A stretch of DNA of 64,000 nucleotides from Burkholderiales bacterium PBB3. Its GTDB lineage: Bacteria; Pseudomonadota; Gammaproteobacteria; Burkholderiales; Burkholderiaceae_C. The stretch is from assembly GCA_002256115.1 (NCBI GenBank), contig NKIK01000003.1, positions 194,280 through 258,279 on the forward strand. Reading direction: 5' to 3'. The translations under genes were made by a program, and so were the position numbers. The notes below the pieces were generated by a model, which saw nothing but the letters and a program-made list of their open reading frames with translations, had not been told where the DNA came from and did no database searches. This document shows positions 8,333 to 16,381 of the stretch, in pieces (the first letter of the stretch is position 1; each line of letters begins with the position of its first letter).

Positions 8333-10633
8333 ATGAAAAATCTCGACGCCTTTAAGGCCCACGGCGACGTCATCTGGAACATTGCCAACCTGCTGCGCGG
8401 CCCCTACCGCCCACCGCAGTACCGCCGAGTCATGATTCCCCTCACCGTGCTGCGCAGGCTGGACTGTGTGCTGGAAGCCAGTAAAGACGCCGTCATCAAG
8501 TACCACAAGCAGCTCAAAGAGCAAACAGACAAAGACGGTAAACCCAAGTACGACACCGAAACCATTGAAAAAATGGTCTTCCACAAGTTCAAATTGGCGT
8601 TCTTCAACACCAGCGAATTCACCTTTCAAACCCTGCTGGGGGACCCCGACAAGCTAGTCGCCAACCTGGCGAACTACATGGCCGGCTTTTCCACCCGTGC
8701 CCGCAAGATCATTGAAAAGTTTAAGTTTGAGGAAGAGATCGACAAACTTGAAGAAGCCAACCGCCTGTTTGATGTGGTCAAGCAAGTGGCTGCAGTGGAC
8801 CTGCACCCTGACACCATTCCCAACATTGCCATGGGCTACTTGTTTGAGGACTTGGTGCGCCGCTTTAACGAGCAGGCCAACGAAGAGGCGGGGGACCACT
8901 TCACGCCGCGTGAAGTCATCAAGCTCATGGTGAACCTGCTGTTCACCCATGACGATCTGGTGTACCGCAAGGCCAAACTCATCAAGATTTATGACCCGAC
9001 CTGTGGCACGGGCGGCATGTTGTCGGAGTCTGAAAAGGTCATCAAAGATCCGGAGACGGGTTTGAACCCCAGCGCCGATGTGCGCCTATTCGGCCAAGAG
9101 TACAACCCCGAGTCTTATGCCATCTGCGGCTCCGACTTGATGATCAAAGATGAGGATGTCAAAAACATCGTCTTTGGCGACACGCTAGGTACCGGCAAGC
9201 TCAAGGAAGGCTTTGCTGATGGCGATGGCCACCCAGATGAGCACTTTCACTTCATGCTGGCCAATCCGCCCTTTGGCGTGGAATGGAAGCCTGAAAAAGA
9301 CTTTGTCACCAAAGAGCACGACGCCTTTGGCTTTAAGGGCCGCTTTGGCCCCGGCTTGCCGCGCATCAACGACGGCGCGCTGCTCTTTTTGATGCACATG
9401 ATCTCCAAAATGCAGCCCGCACCCGAGAAAGGTGGCGAGGGCTCGCGTATTGCCGTTGTCTTCAACGGCTCGCCGCTATTCACCGGCGATGCGGGCAGTG
9501 GCGAGAGCAACATCCGCCGCTGGATCATTGAAAACGACATGCTCGAAGCCGTCATCGGCCTGCCCGACCAGCTCTTCTACAACACCGGCATCTACACCTA
9601 TGTGTGGATCGTCACCAACCGCAAGACCGAGCAGCGCAAAGGCCGGGTGCAGCTCATCAACGCCACCGACTTTGCCTGGAAGATGAAGAAAAGCCTGGGC
9701 GACAAACGAAAGCGCATGGGCGATGGCACCGATGGCACGCCCGACCATCTGGCCGCCATCACCCGCCTGTATGGCGACTACGTCCACAACGTGCGCAAGA
9801 CCGTGGCCGAGATTCAAACCAACATCGACCAACGCGGCGAATCTAAACGCGACCAAACCAAAAGCCAATGCGTCAGCAAGATTTTTGACAACCAAGACTT
9901 TGGCTTTCTCAAGATCACCGTAGAGCGCCCTCTGCGCTTGAACTTTGCCGTGACGCCAGAGCGCATTGCCCGCGTGCAAGCCACTGACGCATTTACCGAC
10001 CTGGTAGTCTCACGCAAACGCAAAGACAAAAAAGCCATTCAAGAGCAAATTTTGGTGGGCGAAGCTGCGCAGCAGGCCATTCTGAAAGTGCTGCACGGCA
10101 TGCAAGACGCATTTGCCAATGGCGGACTGGTCAAAGATCGCAGCGTATTTGAGTCACTTGTGAATGACGCTTTTGCAGCAGACGGCATAGAACTGGACAG
10201 CAAGCTCAAAACCGCCTTCTTGTCCGCAGGTGGCTTGGCAGACAAAGACCCCAGCGCCGAAATTTGTTACAACAAAAAAGGCCAGCGCGAGCCCGACGCT
10301 GACCTGCGCGACACAGAGAACGTGCCCCTGCCCCCCGGCATCGCGCTGCCCCTGCCGCTGGACTATGAGAGCAAAAAGAACAAAGGCAAGGTGGACACCG
10401 CGCCCCTGCTGAAACTGGTGCAAGCCCACTGCGAGGCATACCTGGCCAATGAAGTGCTGCCCTACCGGCCCGATGCGTGGATAGACCACAGCAAAATCAA
10501 AGTGGGTTACGAAATTCCTTTCAATCGCCACTTCTATGAATACGAGCCTCCCCGCCCGCTGGAGGATATTGAGGCCGACATCCTGGCGCTGGAAAAAGAC
10601 ATCATGGCGATGCTGAAGGCCGTGACGGCATGA
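8333..10633 (+). CDS. hsdM: Type I restriction-modification system DNA methyltransferase subunit (N6-adenine), 766 aa with C-terminal extension
   Basis: HsdM N-terminal domain. Motif I DPTCGTGGML and motif IV FMLANPPFG. Confidence 0.9.
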   Translation: MKNLDAFKAHGDVIWNIANLLRGPYRPPQYRRVMIPLTVLRRLDCVLEASKDAVIKYHKQLKEQTDKDGKPKYDTETIEKMVFHKFKLAFFNTSEFTFQTLLGDPDKLVANLANYMAGFSTRARKIIEKFKFEEEIDKLEEANRLFDVVKQVAAVDLHPDTIPNIAMGYLFEDLVRRFNEQANEEAGDHFTPREVIKLMVNLLFTHDDLVYRKAKLIKIYDPTCGTGGMLSESEKVIKDPETGLNPSADVRLFGQEYNPESYAICGSDLMIKDEDVKNIVFGDTLGTGKLKEGFADGDGHPDEHFHFMLANPPFGVEWKPEKDFVTKEHDAFGFKGRFGPGLPRINDGALLFLMHMISKMQPAPEKGGEGSRIAVVFNGSPLFTGDAGSGESNIRRWIIENDMLEAVIGLPDQLFYNTGIYTYVWIVTNRKTEQRKGRVQLINATDFAWKMKKSLGDKRKRMGDGTDGTPDHLAAITRLYGDYVHNVRKTVAEIQTNIDQRGESKRDQTKSQCVSKIFDNQDFGFLKITVERPLRLNFAVTPERIARVQATDAFTDLVVSRKRKDKKAIQEQILVGEAAQQAILKVLHGMQDAFANGGLVKDRSVFESLVNDAFAADGIELDSKLKTAFLSAGGLADKDPSAEICYNKKGQREPDADLRDTENVPLPPGIALPLPLDYESKKNKGKVDTAPLLKLVQAHCEAYLANEVLPYRPDAWIDHSKIKVGYEIPFNRHFYEYEPPRPLEDIEADILALEKDIMAMLKAVTA

Positions 10634-10748
10634 GCGTGAATTTCATCTGCGGTGGAACATGTAAGTGCGGCTTACAAGTTCAATTCGAATCGAATTTCAG
10701 CGAGTCAGTTGTCAAGGAATCCTTGTCAACCGCCTTCAGGGGCAAACG

Positions 10749-12113
10749 ATGAATCTCGCTCCATATCCCGGCCACAAGCGCACAGGCATCGAATGGCTTG
10801 GCGCATTCCCCTCACACTGGGTTGTGAAGCGCCTTCGTTTCGCGACCGAACGCATTGAGCAAGGTTGGTCGCCCCAGTGCGACAACCAGGCAGCCGACGA
10901 TGATGCCTGGGGCGTGATGAAGGTCGGTTGCGTCAATGGCGATCAGTTCGATGCCAGTGAAAACAAGGCATTGCCACCAGAGCTAGACCCGAAAACCGAG
11001 TACGAGCTGCGCCCTGGCGATGTATTGATCAGCCGCGCCAATACCCGAGAGCTGGTGGGTAGTGCAGCAATCGTGCCCTGTGACGTGCGTTCCAAACTCT
11101 TGCTGTGCGACAAGCTGTTTCGCATCGACCTGAGCCCTGAAGTTGATGCCGCGTATTTGACGTTTTGCCTGCGAACTCAGGCAGCGAGACACCAGTACGA
11201 GCAAGAAGCAACCGGTGCGAGTGGCTCCATGCAAAACATTGGGCAGGACACCATCAAGAATTTGATATTGCCATTTCCTCCGTATTCGGAGCAACAGCAA
11301 ATCGCCGCCTTCCTCGACTGGAAGACCAGCCAGATCGACGCGCTGATTGCCAAAAAGCGAACACTGCTGGAGAAGCTCAAAGAAAAGCGCCTAGCCGTCA
11401 TCACCCAAGCCGTGACCAAGGGCCTGAACCCGGATGTGCCTATGCGCGATTCAGGTTCAGGCTGGATTGGTCAAGTGCCCTCAAATTGGGATGTTTTGAA
11501 AATCAAATTTGTGACTGAATTGGCAAGCGGGCACACGCCTTCTCGCTCCGTTGAAGAGTATTGGATTGATTGCACCATTCCTTGGGTTTCTTTGAATGAC
11601 TCAAAGATGCTCCGTGAGAAGGACGCCATTTCTGAAACGCACTACCAAATCAGCGAACTAGGCCTGGCAAACTCATCTGCAAGACTGTTGCCGGCTGGGG
11701 TTGTAGTCTTCTCGCGGGACGCTACGGTTGGACTTTGCGCAATTACTGAAGTCCCAATGGCCGTCTCGCAGCACTTCATTGCCTACATTTGCGGGGAAAA
11801 AATCAGTGGAAAGTATTTGCTATTTGTTCTCAAAGCAATGAATCAACACTTGCAGAGCCTTCAGACTGGTTCAACAATTGTCACCATTGGTATGCCGGAG
11901 GTTCGTAGTTTGATATGTCCGCTGCCGACAAGCGCAGAACAGGCTGACATAGTCGATCACATAGATTCAGTGACAGCAAGAATTGATCAAATGTTGGCAA
12001 ACGCCGAGACAGCCATCGCCCGCCTCACCGAATACCGCTCCGCCCTCATCACAGCAGCCACTACCGGCAAGATCGACGTGCGTGGCTGGCAACCTTTGGA
12101 GTCATCCCCATGA
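10749..12113 (+). CDS. hsdS: Type I R-M specificity subunit (two target-recognition domains; lower GC than neighbours); alternative GTG start at 10665
   Basis: Located between hsdM and hsdR. Conserved central and C-terminal HsdS helices (LILPFPPYSEQQQIAAFLD..., ...RLTEYRSALITAATTGKIDVR). AT-richer TRD regions typical of hsdS. Confidence 0.8.
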   Translation: MNLAPYPGHKRTGIEWLGAFPSHWVVKRLRFATERIEQGWSPQCDNQAADDDAWGVMKVGCVNGDQFDASENKALPPELDPKTEYELRPGDVLISRANTRELVGSAAIVPCDVRSKLLLCDKLFRIDLSPEVDAAYLTFCLRTQAARHQYEQEATGASGSMQNIGQDTIKNLILPFPPYSEQQQIAAFLDWKTSQIDALIAKKRTLLEKLKEKRLAVITQAVTKGLNPDVPMRDSGSGWIGQVPSNWDVLKIKFVTELASGHTPSRSVEEYWIDCTIPWVSLNDSKMLREKDAISETHYQISELGLANSSARLLPAGVVVFSRDATVGLCAITEVPMAVSQHFIAYICGEKISGKYLLFVLKAMNQHLQSLQTGSTIVTIGMPEVRSLICPLPTSAEQADIVDHIDSVTARIDQMLANAETAIARLTEYRSALITAATTGKIDVRGWQPLESSP

Positions 12114-13243
12114 AATTTGAGACCTTCAAAGCGGGCACCTGGACGCCGCGCTACCAGTACAAGAGTTTTGAGCCGGTGCTGGTAGACCACGCCTGGATAT
12201 GGGAAGACTCCACCATCAACGCGCTGCTCGAATCTGCCAATCGGGCGTTGGGCGAGCTGAATGCGTTCTCACTGATCGTGCCGGACATTGACCTGTTCAT
12301 TGAAATGCACGTGGTGAAAGAAGCGCAAACCTCCAGCCGGATTGAAGGCACGCAAACCGGCATGGACGAAGCGCTGATGACCGAAGACCAGATTCAGCCC
12401 GAAAAGCGGGACGACTGGCGCGAGGTGCGCAACTATGTGGATGCCGTGAACGGTGCCATTGCCGAGCTGCAGACGCTGCCGCTGTCTAACCGCTTGTTGC
12501 GCAAAACCCATGAAATTTTGATGCGGGGCGTGCGCGGTGAGAACAAACAGCCTGGGGAGTTTCGCATCAGCCAAAACTGGATTGGCGGCTCCAGCTTGAT
12601 GGACGCGGTGTTTATTCCGCCGCACCCGGAAGGCGTGCCAGACCTGATGAGCGACTTGGAGAAGTTTTGGCACGATGAGAGCATTACCGTGCCGCACCTG
12701 ATTCGCCTGGCCATCAGCCACTACCAGTTTGAGACTATTCACCCGTTTCTGGATGGCAATGGACGCATTGGGCGACTGCTGGTGCCGCTGTATTTGGTGA
12801 GCAATGGGCTGCTGGCGAAGCCATCGCTGTACCTGTCAGACTTTTTTGAGCGTAACCGCGCCAGCTATTACGACGCACTGATGCGGGTGCGTGTGTCCAA
12901 TGACATGATTCATTGGGTGCGGTTTTTCTTGCAGGGCGTGGCGGAGACGGCCACAAAGGGTCGCAATGTATTCAAGGAAATTTTGACACTGAGGACGGAT
13001 GCTGAGCACAAATTGCTTTCATTGGGCAAGCGCGCGCCTAACGCAAAACAAGCACTCAACTTGCTATACCGGCGTCCTATGTTGAGCGCCATGGACTTGG
13101 AACGCAGCTTGGGCGTAAGCCATCCGACTGCGAATGCCTTATTGCGCGACTTCATTAGGCTGGGGTTTTTGAGAGAGATCACCGGCGCTTCTCGGCACCG
13201 CCTGTATGTGTTCGAAACTTACCTTGATCTCTTCACAAGGTAA
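12110..13243 (+). CDS. fic: Fic/DOC-family protein (putative AMPylator) embedded in the hsd operon
   Basis: Fic motif HPFLDGNGRIGRLL (HxFx[DE]GNGRxxR). ATGA start overlaps the hsdS stop. Confidence 0.85.
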   Translation: MKFETFKAGTWTPRYQYKSFEPVLVDHAWIWEDSTINALLESANRALGELNAFSLIVPDIDLFIEMHVVKEAQTSSRIEGTQTGMDEALMTEDQIQPEKRDDWREVRNYVDAVNGAIAELQTLPLSNRLLRKTHEILMRGVRGENKQPGEFRISQNWIGGSSLMDAVFIPPHPEGVPDLMSDLEKFWHDESITVPHLIRLAISHYQFETIHPFLDGNGRIGRLLVPLYLVSNGLLAKPSLYLSDFFERNRASYYDALMRVRVSNDMIHWVRFFLQGVAETATKGRNVFKEILTLRTDAEHKLLSLGKRAPNAKQALNLLYRRPMLSAMDLERSLGVSHPTANALLRDFIRLGFLREITGASRHRLYVFETYLDLFTR

Positions 13244-13263
13244 GGGAAATCAATTTCCCTTAC
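13240..13263. promoter_or_regulatory. Perfect 11-bp-arm palindrome gtaagggaaat-ca-atttcccttac between fic and hsdR (candidate operator or attenuator)
   Basis: Seen directly. Lies 40 bp upstream of the hsdR start. Confidence 0.3.
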
Positions 13264-13303
13264 ATTAAGTCCAGCATAAGGTAAAGATTAGGCCTGCCTA
13301 ACC

Positions 13304-16300
13304 ATGAAAAAGCACACCGAAGCCCGGCTGGAAGATGCCATTGTGGACAGCCTGACCCGTGAGGGCGGCTTTGCGTTGGTGGACTATCGGCATGGCCCTG
13401 CCGCAGGCCGCTATGACAAGGCGCTGGCGCTGGACCCGGCGCTGGTGCTGGGCTTTATCCAAACCACCCAGCCCAAGGTATGGCACAGCCTGCATGCCAT
13501 CCACAAGGACGAAACGCCCAAGGTGGTGCTCGACCACCTGGTCAAAGAGCTGGACACCAAGGGCATGCTCAAGGTGCTGCGCCAGGGCTTCAAGTGCTAT
13601 GGCAAGAAACTGCGCGTGGCGGTGTTTGCCCCCAACAACGCCATGAACCCCGACACGCTGGCGCTGTACGGGCACAACCAACTGACGGTAACGCGCCAGC
13701 TGTATTACAGCGACGCCCACAGCAAGTCGCTGGACCTTGTGCTGTTTTTAAACGGCCTGCCCATTGCCACGGCAGAGCTGAAGAACCCGCTCTCCGGCCA
13801 AACGGTAGAAGACGCCAAGCGGCAATACAAGCGCGACCGCGATGCCCGCGAGCTGCTGTTTGAATTTAAAAAGCGTGCGCTGGTGCACTTTGCGGTAGAC
13901 CAAGACCAGGTGTTCATGGCCACGCGCCTGAGTGGCGACAAGACTTTCTTCTTGCCCTTTAACCTGGGCGATAACGGTCACCCAGGCAACCCGCCTGCGG
14001 CAGACGGCGGCTACCGCACGGCCTACCTGTGGCGCGAGGTGTGGCAGCGCGATAGCTTGCTGGACATCGTGGGCCGCTTTATGCACCTGCAGGAGGAGGA
14101 CAAGCGCATCCTCACCAACGAGGGCATCAAGAAGATTCACAAAGAGACCATGATCTTCCCGCGCTACCACCAGCTGGACGCGGTGCGCAAGCTGGTGGTC
14201 CATGCCCAAGCGCATGGGCCAGGGCGCAACTACCTGGTGCAGCACTCGGCGGGCTCGGGCAAGTCCAACTCCATCGCCTGGCTGGCGCACCGCCTGAGCA
14301 GCCTGCACGATGCGGCTGACAACAAGGTGTTTGACTCGGTGATTGTGGTGACCGACCGGCAGGTGCTAGACACGCAGTTGCAAGACACCATTTACCAGTT
14401 TGAGCACAAGCAAGGTGTGGTGCAAAAGATTGACGAAGACACGCGTCAGCTGGCCCAGGCGCTGGCGGGCGGCACGCCCATCATCATTACCACGCTGCAG
14501 AAGTTTCCGTTCATTACCGAGACGCTGGACAAGCTGCGCAAAGAGAACCACCCCGGCATTGCCATTGACACCCGGGACAAGCAGTTTGCCGTGATCGTGG
14601 ACGAGGCGCACAGCTCGCAGTCGGGCGAAAACGCCATGGAACTCAAAGGCGTACTGAACGCGCACCGCATCGAAGAAGAAGCCGCCCAATACGTGGCGGA
14701 GCAAGGGCTGGACTCGCAGGACGATGAAGACGAAGCCGACCCTCTGGCCGGCGTGGTGCGCGAGATGCGCAAGCGCGGCAAGCAAAGCAACCTGAGCTTT
14801 TTTGCATTTACCGCCACGCCCAAGTTCAAAACCAAAAAGGTGTTTGACGAGCCCGGCCCCAACGGGCAGTCCCCCTTTCACCTGTACACCATGCGGCAGG
14901 CGATTGAGGAGAAGTTCATCCTCGATGTGCTCAAGCACTACATCACCTACGAGGCGTACTTTCGCCTGGTGCAGGTGGGCGACGATGACCCGCATGTTGA
15001 GCGCAAGAAGGCAGCCCGTGCGCTGGCCCGCACGCTCACCTTCCATGAGGTGAACCTGCGCAGCAAGACCGAGGTGATGGTGGAGCACTTTCGCACCCAT
15101 GTGCGCCACAAAATCGGCGGCCGTGCCAAAGCCATGGTGGTCACCGACGGGCGCTTGCACGCGGTGCGCTACAAGCAAACGTTTGATGCCTACATTGCCG
15201 AGAAGGGCTACACCGATGTGAAAACGCTGGTGGCATTTTCAGGCATGGTGGAAGACCCGCGCTTTCCCGGCAAGAACCTGACCGAGGTGGGCATGAACGG
15301 TGGCATCAAAGAAAAAGAGCTGCCCGAAAAGTTTGAAAGCGCCGAATACCAAGTGCTGCTGGTGGCCGAGAAGTACCAAACCGGCTTTGACCAGCCCTTG
15401 CTGCACACCATGTATGTGGACAAGAAGCTCACCGGGCTGCAGGCGGTGCAAACCTTGTCGCGCCTGAACCGCAGCTGTGTAGGCAAGGAGGACACCTTCA
15501 TTCTGGACTTCAGGAATACCCCCGAAGAGATTTTTACGGCCTTCAAGCCCTATTACGAAGACACGCCCACCGATCTGCTGACGGACGCGCAGCACCTATA
15601 TCGACTGCACCACCAGATTGAAGAAACGGGGCTGATCTTTGAAGAAGAGGTGAACGCGTTTGGTGCGGTGTACTTCAAGTCGGTACGCAAACAGTCTGTA
15701 AGTGACCACGCAGCCATGAACGGCGTGCTGGACCAAGCCGTTGACCGGTTTAAGGAGCTGGATGAAGATGAGCGCGAGGAAACCAAAGCGCTGCTGGTGA
15801 ACTTTCGCAACCTGTATGCCTTTATGTCGCAGGTGATTCCCTACCAAGACTCGGATCTGGAAAAGCTCTACACCTACCTGCGCTTTTTGCTGACCAAACT
15901 GCCGCGCCGCGAGGGCGGGGGCACGGTGCAGCTGGATGAAGAGGTGGAGCTGCAGTACTACCGGCTGCAGAAGATTGGTGAAGGTCGAATCGACCTGTCT
16001 GCAGGGCAAGCACAACCACTCAAAGGCCCCAACGATGTGGGCACCGGGCAGGAGGATGCACCGATTCGACTCTCCGAACTGATCGACCTATTGAACCAGC
16101 GTTTTGGAACGGACTTTACCCAAGCTGACCAGCTGTTTTTTGATCAAATTCAAGAAGAAGCGATTGAGAGCGACGTACTGCAACAAGCGGCGGAAACCAA
16201 CTCAAAAGAGGATTTCCGCTACGTGTTTGAAAAGGCGTTTGAGGGCTTGGTCATGGAGCGCATGGAGGGGAACGAGGAAATCTTTGGCAAGCTGATGGCG

Positions 16301-16381
16301 GATGGCGAATTCCGAAAACTGGCGCTGGAGCACCTGTTGCACAAGGTGTACCAGAGTTTGAAGAATGGGAAAAAGCGTTGA
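13304..16381 (+). CDS. hsdR: Type I restriction enzyme R subunit (SF2 helicase/translocase plus N-terminal nuclease)
   Basis: 1025 aa. Helicase motif I QHSAGSGKSNSIAWLA, DEAH box VIVDEAHSSQ, HsdR-type N-terminal region. Confidence 0.9.
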   Translation: MKKHTEARLEDAIVDSLTREGGFALVDYRHGPAAGRYDKALALDPALVLGFIQTTQPKVWHSLHAIHKDETPKVVLDHLVKELDTKGMLKVLRQGFKCYGKKLRVAVFAPNNAMNPDTLALYGHNQLTVTRQLYYSDAHSKSLDLVLFLNGLPIATAELKNPLSGQTVEDAKRQYKRDRDARELLFEFKKRALVHFAVDQDQVFMATRLSGDKTFFLPFNLGDNGHPGNPPAADGGYRTAYLWREVWQRDSLLDIVGRFMHLQEEDKRILTNEGIKKIHKETMIFPRYHQLDAVRKLVVHAQAHGPGRNYLVQHSAGSGKSNSIAWLAHRLSSLHDAADNKVFDSVIVVTDRQVLDTQLQDTIYQFEHKQGVVQKIDEDTRQLAQALAGGTPIIITTLQKFPFITETLDKLRKENHPGIAIDTRDKQFAVIVDEAHSSQSGENAMELKGVLNAHRIEEEAAQYVAEQGLDSQDDEDEADPLAGVVREMRKRGKQSNLSFFAFTATPKFKTKKVFDEPGPNGQSPFHLYTMRQAIEEKFILDVLKHYITYEAYFRLVQVGDDDPHVERKKAARALARTLTFHEVNLRSKTEVMVEHFRTHVRHKIGGRAKAMVVTDGRLHAVRYKQTFDAYIAEKGYTDVKTLVAFSGMVEDPRFPGKNLTEVGMNGGIKEKELPEKFESAEYQVLLVAEKYQTGFDQPLLHTMYVDKKLTGLQAVQTLSRLNRSCVGKEDTFILDFRNTPEEIFTAFKPYYEDTPTDLLTDAQHLYRLHHQIEETGLIFEEEVNAFGAVYFKSVRKQSVSDHAAMNGVLDQAVDRFKELDEDEREETKALLVNFRNLYAFMSQVIPYQDSDLEKLYTYLRFLLTKLPRREGGGTVQLDEEVELQYYRLQKIGEGRIDLSAGQAQPLKGPNDVGTGQEDAPIRLSELIDLLNQRFGTDFTQADQLFFDQIQEEAIESDVLQQAAETNSKEDFRYVFEKAFEGLVMERMEGNEEIFGKLMADGEFRKLALEHLLHKVYQSLKNGKKR

